DNA of 43,728 nucleotides from a virus (IMGVR_UViG_3300030372_002142:1-43728); one strand, 5' to 3'; positions 9,450-18,058 are shown, counted from the first letter of the stretch. Notes: generated from the sequence alone by a model not told the origin. Program-made: numbers and translations.

Positions 9450-11179
9450 ACTATTGACTGCCCTGTACCTAGAAGATCAGTCAGAGCGTTGGGGTTCTGC
9501 GTGTCCGTCTCGCTAAGCACCTTGGCGCTTTGAGCCATTGGAGCCATCTGCTCCATTGCTTGTGCCTGCTGCTGCGCCTGCTCGCGAGCCTCACGCATTT
9601 GGGCAACCTCTTCTTCGTCCCTCATTATGTCGGGAGATATACCCAAGATGTCGCCGTACTGCCGAAGCGCCTCGTCCGAGTTGATGTTGTCTGTAACCTC
9701 GGGGAACACGGCAACCATATTCCCTGCAAAGCCAAGCGTGCGTTCCATAGAACTAGCAGCGACTGCCTGCTGGGCCTGTGCGAGCAGGCTTACATAGTTC
9801 ACCTCCAGCTCTTCGCCAGCAAGAGCCTCGGGAGGCTCTGGGAGGATACCGGCATCTAGAGCGAAGTCGAACACGTCGTCCAGCAAGGGGTCAAGCAGCT
9901 CGACGTTCAGCCGCTGCAGCACAGGCCCAAGCAGCACCAGTTTTTCTTCATGCCTTTCCACCACCTCCGTCGCCGTCATCTGACGACGGTCTGAGTTGAT
10001 CATCATGGCAAACAGGTCAGCATAAAACCCGCGCTGTATCCGGTTCTGCACTTCCTGTATGTCCATCATCAGCTCTTGGATGCGAGGCTGCACGAGGTAG
10101 GCAGGAGTGAAGCCTTGTGTTCCCTGCATGGGGTCAACGTAAGTTGTCTGCCCCGGCAGTACAGTGGACGGCTTGCCCTTCAGACTAGTCGGAGCTGTCA
10201 TCGGCGGGTTGACCATCTTGTCAATGGCCTGCGCTTTGCGTTTCTGCTGGTGCTGCAACTGACGAACATCGGGTAAGTGATCCTGCCCCGGTGACCTGCC
10301 ATAAATATCGCCACTCAGAACATCCCATCGCGGCACATAGGCAGGAAATTTTTTATACCCGCTTTCCATCAGCAGCTCGTCGCCCTCAGCGCCGTACTCA
10401 AAGTAACAGCTCTTGAAGGGCATGTTGAGGCTGTCCTTCTTACCCATGTCGCGATCAGCTAGCAGTCTCGGCTCTATGACATGAACAACCTCGACCAGTT
10501 CATCGTAGTTGTGGTTCTCCCAATTTTTCTTAGTTGCCTTCGACGTACCCGTCCAATCCATCTTTTCGGTAAACGGATCAAAGACGAACTTCTGTACGAT
10601 CTGGGCAACAGTCATTGTGAAGCGTCGGCCTAGAGTGTCGATAACACCCTGCTCGTTCTCTGCAATAACATACTCGCCAGCCGTGAACGGGCGGAACCGT
10701 ATGACGCTATCAAAAGAGGGTTGCCGGTAAAGAGGCGCAGTACCGAAGCCACCAAGCTCAGTGTAGATCGTAGACATGGAGTTGTAGAAGTTGGAACGGT
10801 TCAGAATAGCACGCTCAATCTTCTCAACCTGACCGAGCCATTGACGGACCTCGCCGTCGTCCATCAGTTCGTCGCGTACCTTACGCCTATGCCAAGGGCG
10901 AGCCGGTGAGGTCATGCCACTCATCATCCCTGCAGACATTGTCCGCAAAGCCTGAGTGCCAGTGCTGTCGATGATCTTGGTGTTCCTTGCCCTGCCCCTG
11001 TTGTTCTGACTGTCCATCAGGTAGCGCCCACGCCGGGGGAGGATGTAGTCAGTAATCTCCATCCAATGACTGCGCCAAGATTGCCTGTCGTTCTCCAACT
11101 TGACGTATCGGCGAAGCAAGGCGCTCTTCTTACCCTTGAGCGGAAGGGTAGTGTGCAGGTTGTCCAACGTCGGCAGCAT
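9446..11179 (-). CDS. Portal (head-tail connector) protein
   Basis: GMMSGMTSPARPW, YGRSPG and MTATEVVERHEEKLVLLGPVLQRL motifs of T7/BPP-1-type portals. Confidence 0.95.
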   Translation of the reverse strand: MLPTLDNLHTTLPLKGKKSALLRRYVKLENDRQSWRSHWMEITDYILPRRGRYLMDSQNNRGRARNTKIIDSTGTQALRTMSAGMMSGMTSPARPWHRRKVRDELMDDGEVRQWLGQVEKIERAILNRSNFYNSMSTIYTELGGFGTAPLYRQPSFDSVIRFRPFTAGEYVIAENEQGVIDTLGRRFTMTVAQIVQKFVFDPFTEKMDWTGTSKATKKNWENHNYDELVEVVHVIEPRLLADRDMGKKDSLNMPFKSCYFEYGAEGDELLMESGYKKFPAYVPRWDVLSGDIYGRSPGQDHLPDVRQLQHQQKRKAQAIDKMVNPPMTAPTSLKGKPSTVLPGQTTYVDPMQGTQGFTPAYLVQPRIQELMMDIQEVQNRIQRGFYADLFAMMINSDRRQMTATEVVERHEEKLVLLGPVLQRLNVELLDPLLDDVFDFALDAGILPEPPEALAGEELEVNYVSLLAQAQQAVAASSMERTLGFAGNMVAVFPEVTDNINSDEALRQYGDILGISPDIMRDEEEVAQMREAREQAQQQAQAMEQMAPMAQSAKVLSETDTQNPNALTDLLGTGQSIV

Positions 11180-11180
11180 G

Positions 11181-11789
11181 TTAGTTTCCTAACAGAGTGC
11201 GTTGTGCCGTCGATGCTTGAGACGTTGTACCGAGCGGTCCCGTCCTTACAGCGCCTGCTGCGCCTGACTGCATCTTTGCCCTCTTCCGCTCGTCGCGGCG
11301 AGCCTGTCTAACAGCAGGGTCAGCTTTTGAGGGAGGCTCGGGCGGGGGCGGGGGCGGGGGCGGGGGCGGGGGGACACTGGGGCCGCCAAAGAGGCCGCCG
11401 CCGGGTAAGGTGAATAGACCGTTAAGGAAATCATGCTTCATCTCGGACCTCTTCTTTATTTGTCGGTAGAGTTGCCACGGCGTAATCGCCCAGCAACGGA
11501 TGCCCAGCATGAGCTTAGCATGGCCCACGCAGTTGTTAAGCATGAGCGGCCCCTTTGGACGACGCTGCGTAGCTTCAACTTCAATGTGTTCATTGGGAAA
11601 GCTCCCTAGCCAATCGCGAATGTCCTTCTCCGCAATTGCGTTCATTTGAGGCGCACCCCCTGCCCAGTCATAGATGACCCAGCCGTTGCCCTCGTGACTA
11701 ATTGTAAGCACATGACGGTAACCCCGGCGAAGAATTTTTCCCAACCAGTGCTGGTTATCGTCAGTGAATACTAGGTACGCTTTAGCCAT
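11181..11789 (-). CDS. Permuted papain-like peptidase fused to a Pro-rich small virion protein
   Basis: His (GYRHV) precedes Cys (NNCV), then ITPWQLY. The C-terminal part GGLFGGPSVPPPP...RTLLGN resembles small pre-portal virion proteins. Possible internal start at 11441. Confidence 0.6.
   Translation of the reverse strand: MAKAYLVFTDDNQHWLGKILRRGYRHVLTISHEGNGWVIYDWAGGAPQMNAIAEKDIRDWLGSFPNEHIEVEATQRRPKGPLMLNNCVGHAKLMLGIRCWAITPWQLYRQIKKRSEMKHDFLNGLFTLPGGGLFGGPSVPPPPPPPPPPPEPPSKADPAVRQARRDERKRAKMQSGAAGAVRTGPLGTTSQASTAQRTLLGN
11340..11373 (+). repeat. (GGGGGC)n tandem repeat encoding poly-Pro
   Basis: GGGC(GGGGGC)4GGGGGG read directly from the sequence. Confidence 0.9.
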
Positions 11790-11797
11790 AGTTTGCT

Positions 11798-11808
11798 GCT
11801 ATAGCACA
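11798..11808 (-). promoter_or_regulatory. Putative extended -10 promoter for the head operon
   Basis: TGTGCTATAGC on the minus strand, 8 nt upstream of the ATG at 11789; no SD. Confidence 0.4.
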
Positions 11809-11824
11809 CAGACTAGGCTTCCGT

Positions 11825-13315
11825 CTAGTCGTAAGGGTTATATTCTGAGGAGGTAGATGCAGCCTTGCCGTCGTATCCCAAACGTGACGGGTAGACAGGT
11901 AAGACGTAAGTCAGTGCCAAGGCGTCTCCAAGGTCAGGGCTGGCAATGCCTCTCTTCTTCGCGTCCTCCTTACGCTCCAATCGAATTTCGTTGCGGAGCG
12001 TGTAGCCATACTCAAGGCCGGTCAGGTCAGTAATCAGGTCCGGGTCATCCGGCAAGCGGATACCGTCTGTGATAGCGTCTCGTAGGTTTCCCCACATCTG
12101 CGCTCGTAGGTTGGCGTATCCCGGTTGGGTTGCCTTAGAACCAAAATTGATCTCCGTAATTGGGAGGCCGAGCTGTCGGCAGCGGTCAATAACCCCGCCG
12201 CCAACTCCACCGCCGTCGATGAAGACGGCGTCCGGGTTCTTAGCAGTCGCAACCTCAACGACACGGGCAGCCAACTGCATGGTGTCGAGATTGCGGAAAC
12301 GATGAAGACCTTGGCTCTCAGCATCTCGACCTTGGCGGACAAAGATAACACTCTCATCATCACCGAAGCGTGCAACGTCCACGCCCAGCACAAGCGGGTC
12401 ATGCGGATGGACGGAGACTTCCATATTGACGCAAGCCCGAGCAGCATCACCCGAGATAAACTGAAGCGCACCCGCCGAAGGAAACTCTCCCAGTACGCGC
12501 ACCTTGACGAAATCACTGTCGGTCCCATAATCCTCAATCCATCTGTTAAACACTTCCTTGTTGGTGATCTTAACGTCTCGGCTGTCGATGAACCTGCGCT
12601 TGTATCGGTGTCGGAACCTACCCTTCATGTTCTCGTAGAACCTGCCCGTGTTCCTTGTCGGGTTGCCGAAGTCGAAAGTCATGGGTTCGCCGTCCGTCAG
12701 TCCACCCTCTCGCACCTCAAAGATTTTGTCAGGCACTGCAGACGCCTCATCAAAGATGTAGAAAGGCGTCGAGCTGGCAGCGTGCAGACCGGCGAAGCTC
12801 TCACTGTTCCGCTCCTCGCACGTCTGACCATCTACCCGCCATGTGTCGGGGCTAGCCTTGTGGTACATATTCAATGCACCCATCGTCCCGCTGTTCAGTT
12901 GATACCAGTGCTTGGTAATGCCGAGGCTGCTCCACTTGCTCAGCTCCGAGAAGGTCTTGCTTCGGAGCTGCTGCGCCGTGTTGCTGGTGACTACCCCCTT
13001 GGAGTGCGGACGTGTGTCCATGATCCATCGGATCAGCCACGCCACCATTGCCGACTTGCCAATGCCGTGTCCGCTCGACGTGCTGAACTGGATAGGATCG
13101 ACAGCCGTGTGTCCGTCGAAGCCCCGCGCCTTGACCTCCTCGCCCAGCTCTATCAGAAAACCTCGCGCCCATTCGTCGGGTCCATCGAAGCCAGCCAGTG
13201 ACCCCTGACCCCAAGGGTAGCTGAACAGGACATGCGAAAGCGGGTCCGCATAGAATTGCGAGATGTCCAGCGCAAGTTGATCGTCAAGGTGAACAGCGTT
13301 AGACGATTGGCTCAT
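11825..13315 (-). CDS. terL: Terminase large subunit
   Basis: Walker A SGHGIGKS, Walker B IFDEAS, GNPTR, nuclease LGVDVARFGDD and SPDLGDALALT. Likely start is ATG 13315 (MSQSS). Confidence 0.95.
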   Translation of the reverse strand: MSQSSNAVHLDDQLALDISQFYADPLSHVLFSYPWGQGSLAGFDGPDEWARGFLIELGEEVKARGFDGHTAVDPIQFSTSSGHGIGKSAMVAWLIRWIMDTRPHSKGVVTSNTAQQLRSKTFSELSKWSSLGITKHWYQLNSGTMGALNMYHKASPDTWRVDGQTCEERNSESFAGLHAASSTPFYIFDEASAVPDKIFEVREGGLTDGEPMTFDFGNPTRNTGRFYENMKGRFRHRYKRRFIDSRDVKITNKEVFNRWIEDYGTDSDFVKVRVLGEFPSAGALQFISGDAARACVNMEVSVHPHDPLVLGVDVARFGDDESVIFVRQGRDAESQGLHRFRNLDTMQLAARVVEVATAKNPDAVFIDGGGVGGGVIDRCRQLGLPITEINFGSKATQPGYANLRAQMWGNLRDAITDGIRLPDDPDLITDLTGLEYGYTLRNEIRLERKEDAKKRGIASPDLGDALALTYVLPVYPSRLGYDGKAASTSSEYNPYD

Positions 13316-13523
13316 AGCTATGATGCGTGTTGTGTGCCGTGGGGTGAAGGCCGTCGCAGGCAAACGCCGGGTGTTGTGGGTCAACGCTGTTCGACGTTTC
13401 CTTAGCACCGCATCGAAGGCAGATGCGGAAGGGGCCGCTGCCCGGTGCTGGCGGCCCCCACTCGTGAGCTGTCGGCGTCTGACTAGACGGGTGCGCTGCA
13501 GAGGCGTACAAGTCGCGTTGCAT
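13299..13523 (-). CDS. Hypothetical protein, possibly Zn-binding (HEW..CxxC..C..H)
   Basis: TGATG coupling to the upstream gene; overlaps the terL start. Confidence 0.55.
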   Translation of the reverse strand: MQRDLYASAAHPSSQTPTAHEWGPPAPGSGPFRICLRCGAKETSNSVDPQHPAFACDGLHPTAHNTHHSYEPIV

Positions 13524-13642
13524 CAGCGCATCTTACGCTTGGGCATCGCCTTCTTCATCATCGGCTTCTTCTTCTTGCCTGCCGTCTTCTTCTTCGGTGG
13601 GCGTCCAACTTTGCTTCCGTATGTTCCTGCACCGTAAGGCAT
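13523..13642 (-). CDS. Small basic protein (39 aa)
   Basis: MPYGAGTYGSKVGRPPKKKTAGKKKKPMMKKAMPKRKMR; AGGAG RBS; not in the ORF track. Confidence 0.75.
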   Translation of the reverse strand: MPYGAGTYGSKVGRPPKKKTAGKKKKPMMKKAMPKRKMR

Positions 13643-13651
13643 GATCGTCTC

Positions 13652-13810
13652 CTATTTTTTCTTACGTTTCGACTGCCGTATTGCTTTGGCCGTGGGTGCG
13701 CCTTTGCTCCCCGGCTTCCGCATCTTCTCGCCAGAGCCAGCGGCTATCCGCTTACGCTTGGCGTGAATGTTGTCCCACAAACCCTGCTTCGACTTCTTTG
13801 ATCTAGCCAT
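13652..13810 (-). CDS. Small basic protein (52 aa)
   Basis: MARSKKSKQGLWDNIHAKRKRIAAGSGEKMRKPGSKGAPTAKAIRQSKRKKK; fills the gap exactly; not in the ORF track. Confidence 0.75.
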   Translation of the reverse strand: MARSKKSKQGLWDNIHAKRKRIAAGSGEKMRKPGSKGAPTAKAIRQSKRKKK

Positions 13811-13811
13811 C

Positions 13812-14063
13812 TCACTTCCTCGACTTTGTGCCGCTGCACTTCCACCGCTTCCTCGACAAACGCAGCGGACTGTTTGGGTTCTTCGCGGCCTTGCTGTGCT
13901 TCTTCATCTGACCGGCGCTCCGAGCGCAATACGCATCGCCTTTCGATGTTCCGGGTTTCACCCTAGCTCCCCCGCCTCGTGCTTTACCCGCCTGACCATA
14001 CGAGACGCGCTTACCCGAGGCCGTTACCTTAACCTTGGCCTTGCCTTTTCTAGGCGTTGCCAT
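13812..14063 (-). CDS. Small basic protein (83 aa) with YCARSAG...RWKC motif
   Basis: GGGAG RBS before ATG 14063; motif type I recall from marine phage proteins. Confidence 0.7.
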   Translation of the reverse strand: MATPRKGKAKVKVTASGKRVSYGQAGKARGGGARVKPGTSKGDAYCARSAGQMKKHSKAAKNPNSPLRLSRKRWKCSGTKSRK

Positions 14064-14847
14064 CTGCGTCTCCCAAAGCAAGCAACGTCTCACGCAGGGC
14101 GGCAGGATCACGAGTTGTCCTCAGTCTCACAACATTGTCGCGCCCTTCTTTCAAGCGCTCCTCCAGTTGTGTTACGTTGACGTTCAGGTTCTCGGACTTG
14201 GCCGCTGGTATCAGATCGCTCAGCTTCGCCTTCGCCATGATCGCCTGCGTCATAGCGTTGGGTTGATCAGTCTCTTTCGCTAGAGCCTGAGCTTCCTCCA
14301 GCTCATGTATCAGCTTCTCCACTGTCAGACCTACCTGCTCCACTGCAGGCTGCCTCAACTCTGCAACTCGTGTGGTAATCTTGTGGTTGTTCATCAAAGC
14401 AGTTGCTTCGCGATTTATAGTAGCAGGTTTCATTTTGGAAGTAGAAAAGCTCTCACGATACGCCTCACTAAACCCAGTGCCTGCAGCCACGAGCTGAGCA
14501 AACTTCTCTTGCTTCGCTGTCAACCTGTCGGGCTTCGTCTTGCCCCGGTCAGCCTGCCGTCCGTTGCCTCCGACTTTCATGTTGAGCAAATTGTCTAGGC
14601 CAACCTCAGCAATTTTCTGACGCTCTGCCTCGTATGCCTCTTCCTCGTCATCATGCCATGACGCGACGACGGCCTGCACCTGCAGACCTGCGTCCTCAAT
14701 CTCATTGATGCGCTGACCCTTCTTGCCCGTCGTCTTGTCGGGGATGTTACGCATAGATCGAAAGCGCCTGTCCGCTTTCCCCTTGCCAATGTAAAAGGTT
14801 TGGAGGTCGCGAGGATCAATCAGGGCGTATACATAATACCTACTCAT
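14050..14847 (-). CDS. terS: Terminase small subunit with N-terminal GIY-YIG domain
   Basis: YYVYALIDPR..FYIGKG..EAYEAE..I..LLN (GIY-YIG), followed in frame by LTAKQEKFAQ...SEAYR (TerS HTH) and a coiled coil. Likely start is 14847. Confidence 0.75.
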   Translation of the reverse strand: MSRYYVYALIDPRDLQTFYIGKGKADRRFRSMRNIPDKTTGKKGQRINEIEDAGLQVQAVVASWHDDEEEAYEAERQKIAEVGLDNLLNMKVGGNGRQADRGKTKPDRLTAKQEKFAQLVAAGTGFSEAYRESFSTSKMKPATINREATALMNNHKITTRVAELRQPAVEQVGLTVEKLIHELEEAQALAKETDQPNAMTQAIMAKAKLSDLIPAAKSENLNVNVTQLEERLKEGRDNVVRLRTTRDPAALRETLLALGDADGNA

Positions 14848-15175
14848 TTTTTGACAATAACCCTGCTTTACCAAAAAGGTCAACTAAGGTGGCTTCCTCT
14901 AACAGGTATATTCTCCGACACCTGTCCTGTTTTAAAACAAGCAAATCGTTCACGTCATCCTGATCCAAGGCGTCATACAAAAATTTAAATCCGCTCTTCT
15001 TCCGCTTGGCCTCCACCACATAAGGGCCGAGCTTAATGTCACCTGCCAGATCGTCAGAGAAATGTTTATAGGCTCCGCTCGCCAGCACCCGTTGAACCTC
15101 AGCCCCCTGCTCTTTCCAAAATTGAGTACAGGCCCTCTCCAGTTCGTATCCCCGCTTTCGATTTCTGTTCGTCAA
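14840..15175 (-). CDS. Holliday junction resolvase (Hjc-like PD-(D/E)XK)
   Basis: RKRGYELER, SGA, GDI, VEAKR motifs; TTG start with GGGAG RBS. Confidence 0.8.
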   Translation of the reverse strand: MTNRNRKRGYELERACTQFWKEQGAEVQRVLASGAYKHFSDDLAGDIKLGPYVVEAKRKKSGFKFLYDALDQDDVNDLLVLKQDRCRRIYLLEEATLVDLFGKAGLLSKNE

Positions 15176-15197
15176 TTGTCGTCTCCCTTTTATCGCC

Positions 15198-15390
15198 CCT
15201 TGGGGCTGGTAGCCCCAAGCGTTCCAGCCCCCTTTAGGGGGAGCAGATCAAGCAGATAGATAACCCATTGAAATCATTACTCAAATCCTACCTTCTGCCT
15301 ATCTGCTGCTCTATCTGCCTAAGCAGATTGTAAACCATTGATATACATACATAATATGCCAAGCAGATCAATGATCTGCCCATCATCTGC
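15198..15390. other. Candidate replication origin (GCAGAT iterons, AT-rich spacers, hairpins)
   Basis: Eight exact GCAGAT/ATCTGC copies within 150 bp and two GC hairpins, immediately downstream of the primase-helicase. Confidence 0.55.
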
Positions 15391-17539
15391 TGACCTGAAA
15401 TACCCACCTCCCTTTGCTCTTTTTTCTCTCGTTCAAGACAAGGCGGACCTGCCCATCCTCGGTGTCTATCGTCTCCTCGAACATACCCAGCAGCTCCTGC
15501 TTGTGGCTCTCCTGCAGCTTGGCTGCATCGGTCAACCACAGGGGGCTGCCCTTCATCACCCTATGCACCTCGGCCACCTCGAAGCTACCCTCGCCCAAGC
15601 ATCCGATAATCTGCAGCGCCAGCTCTACCGCTCGCTCAATGTCCGCATTTTCATAAAGCAGACTGTTGCTCGCCTCATGTTCTGTCGATAGTCTGGACAC
15701 GCCGATCTCGTATCCTTCAGGTAACTCCTCCCCGACCAGCTCATAGACGATAGGTTCAATCGGTTTGCCCTCTCGAATTTTCCCCGTGTCCAGCACCACC
15801 CAGCGCGACAGCTCACTGCTCAGATACTTCTCCTTCCACTCCTTCCTGCGCTGCCTCTCCCTCGGCATCCAGTTCGCGAGCGTGAAGCCACAATCCAATG
15901 AACTGTATATAGCTCCTGAACCACGCCAGCAGTCACTAGACCCTCGCCACACATCTGCATCTTTGCTTCGATCCTTCGGCGTATGGTGAGCGTGCATCAC
16001 GGCAGCGCCGGTCAGCGAAGTGATATGCAGAAACGCCTTCGTCAACATGCCTGCAGACGCCGCACTGTTTTCGTCTGTGTCCGACAACGTAACGTATGGG
16101 TCAAAGATAATGAGCTGCGCTTCAATGCGCTTGGCCTGCGCGACGACACGGGCAATGTTCTTCGCGTCCAGCTCTGCAGTAGCAACCTCGTTCAACGCCA
16201 CCAGCCTGAACGTCCCCTCCGTCTTCGGCCTGACAGATATAGCCTCGCCGTCCTTGACACCATAGTGCTGAGCAGCCGCCTTAATCCTGCGCTTGATGTC
16301 GTCGCAATGCTCCTCGTTCGCTATCCATAGGATGCTCGACTTCTTGCATGGGGGTAGACCAAGCACTTCACTATTGCCCGAGCTGACCGCCGCACAAAGT
16401 GCAGCCAACCATCGCGTCTTGCCCACGTTCGACGTGCCAGCCAAACTAGAGATGCCGCCTTGCGGCAGCATCCCTTCGATCAACCATTCAATCGGAGGCA
16501 GCAGTTCCTCTTGCAACCCACCTACTGTGAATGTATCGAACTCGTCTTGTGGGTCTGTCTCTTCAATCTCCCCAACAAGCGCCAAGATGTCGTCTTGGCT
16601 CGTCTCCTGTTGGGGACCGATAGGGCGGCGGAGTAGTGCCTCCTCACTGACAAAGCTCTCGCCGTCACCGAGGATCAGCTCCTGTTCGTTTCCCGTCAGC
16701 CAAGTCTCAGGCGAATGTTTTTCTATAGCGCTCTCCACCAGATCGACGATCTTGGATTTACGATCCACCCAGTCTCTATGCCTCGCATGGGAAGGGTCTG
16801 ACGCCACGCTCTTATCCATGATGGCCTCCAGCACTTCGACCTGTTGCTGCTTCCCCAACGGACTTGCGTCCTCGTTGCGTCTAGACGGAAGCCTGTAACT
16901 GAGGCTACGAAGCGCTGGATACAGATCAGTTGCGTCTAGTACCGACTGGATAAGCTCCTCGTCAGAGGCGTCGTTCCAGCTCGACAGCGTCACCGTACTC
17001 CCGTTGCGCTCTATGGAATTGAGCAGCTCAATCGGAAACTCCTTCACCGTAGCCTTGCTCTCTTCAACGTAGTTACCAGTCGGCGGCCAGCAAACGTACC
17101 CCCCTTGCCCTTTTATATCGACGCCGCTCCTGAGCTGCGCCGGTAGCCTACGAAGCGGGTTGTACTTATAAAAAAAGTGCAGCCCACCTGAGCGGGTTCG
17201 ATGTATGCGGGTATCCCCAAGTGTCTCGCGGTTGTCGTTCAGCCAAGCCTCGACTTCCTCGCCCTTATAGAGATCGACGTCCACGCAGACCAAGCCGCTC
17301 GGCTCGCCCATCGGTACGGCAATCTCCTTGGCTCGCGAATGGCTAAATAATTTTCTGACCCTCGTCGGCTCGCACGTCGCGATCTTGTAGCCGCCCTCGC
17401 CCTTCTCTACACCCAGCTCCGAATTGCTCCACACCGGGAGCTTGTCTGCCGTCGGAAAAACTGGATAGTGCTTGGCTACCTTCAATGCCGCCTTGATTAG
17501 GTCAGCATTTGCTGCTACTCGTTTTGGTGTCGATGGCAT
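15383..17539 (-). CDS. Bifunctional primase-polymerase fused to an AAA_25/RepA-type helicase
   Basis: Prim-pol motifs VDVD, TRSGGLHFFY, GVDIKGQGGYV; Walker A GTSNVGKT, Walker B IIFD, HHTPK and RGSGA. Confidence 0.9.
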   Translation of the reverse strand: MPSTPKRVAANADLIKAALKVAKHYPVFPTADKLPVWSNSELGVEKGEGGYKIATCEPTRVRKLFSHSRAKEIAVPMGEPSGLVCVDVDLYKGEEVEAWLNDNRETLGDTRIHRTRSGGLHFFYKYNPLRRLPAQLRSGVDIKGQGGYVCWPPTGNYVEESKATVKEFPIELLNSIERNGSTVTLSSWNDASDEELIQSVLDATDLYPALRSLSYRLPSRRNEDASPLGKQQQVEVLEAIMDKSVASDPSHARHRDWVDRKSKIVDLVESAIEKHSPETWLTGNEQELILGDGESFVSEEALLRRPIGPQQETSQDDILALVGEIEETDPQDEFDTFTVGGLQEELLPPIEWLIEGMLPQGGISSLAGTSNVGKTRWLAALCAAVSSGNSEVLGLPPCKKSSILWIANEEHCDDIKRRIKAAAQHYGVKDGEAISVRPKTEGTFRLVALNEVATAELDAKNIARVVAQAKRIEAQLIIFDPYVTLSDTDENSAASAGMLTKAFLHITSLTGAAVMHAHHTPKDRSKDADVWRGSSDCWRGSGAIYSSLDCGFTLANWMPRERQRRKEWKEKYLSSELSRWVVLDTGKIREGKPIEPIVYELVGEELPEGYEIGVSRLSTEHEASNSLLYENADIERAVELALQIIGCLGEGSFEVAEVHRVMKGSPLWLTDAAKLQESHKQELLGMFEETIDTEDGQVRLVLNERKKSKGRWVFQVSR

Positions 17540-17600
17540 CTTTCATTCCTTTTCAGTGTTATCGATAGTCGGGGCCAGCCACCCCGCGACCTTGAAAAAC

Positions 17601-17720
17601 TAGAGGCCGAATTGAGGACATTACTCTTCGGCCTCTAATTTTGTCAACTTCCCGCCAAAAAATAATTTCAATGTCAGTCACTTTTTGTTTGGTGTCAGTC
17701 ACTGATTAGTGTATAAAAGG
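17601..17720. promoter_or_regulatory. Divergent promoter region with two operators and a hairpin
   Basis: Leftward TTGACA (17647-17642), rightward TATAAA (17712-17717), operators at 17674 and 17695, inverted repeat 17601-17637. Confidence 0.65.
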
Positions 17721-17753
17721 GGTAGGAAAAACCGTTTAGAAAAGGAAGCAAAA

Positions 17754-17978
17754 ATGTACACAGACGCAGGCGGAAATATTTATCAGTCTTACGAGCAGGC
17801 CGTTATCATGCACGGCGGCGAAACTGAAACTTCATTGGCTTGGGAAGATGCGTTCTACATGGAGATGGCTCAAGAAGAAGCTAACCAAGAGATGGATGCT
17901 ATGGAAGCTCGTGGAGGCCCACGTTATCAGTTCGCTTATCAAGGTAATTATCCTATAGACGACACTGACCCTTTTTAA
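17754..17978 (+). CDS. Early acidic hypothetical protein (74 aa)
   Basis: AAGGA RBS then ATG 17754; first gene after the rightward promoter. Confidence 0.65.
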   Translation: MYTDAGGNIYQSYEQAVIMHGGETETSLAWEDAFYMEMAQEEANQEMDAMEARGGPRYQFAYQGNYPIDDTDPF

Positions 17979-17985
17979 TACTCAC

Positions 17986-18047
17986 CCCCATTGAGCTGAA
18001 CGCTCCGCAGCCCCGGACCAAGCGCCGGGGTTAAGGCGTAGGAAAAC
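17986..18047 (+). ncRNA. Structured intergenic leader, copy 1
   Basis: CCCCAT, 4-bp hairpin, GCCCCGG/CCGGGGT hairpin, TAAGGCGTAG; repeated at 18221. Confidence 0.5.
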
Positions 18048-18058
18048 AGGAGAGAAAA

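Noticed and set aside
12125-13201. 358-aa plus-strand ORF
   Set aside because: Antisense shadow of terL with no recognisable motifs.
15288-15539. 83-aa ORF across the primase end
   Set aside because: Overlaps the primase and the iteron cluster and has no protein-like features.
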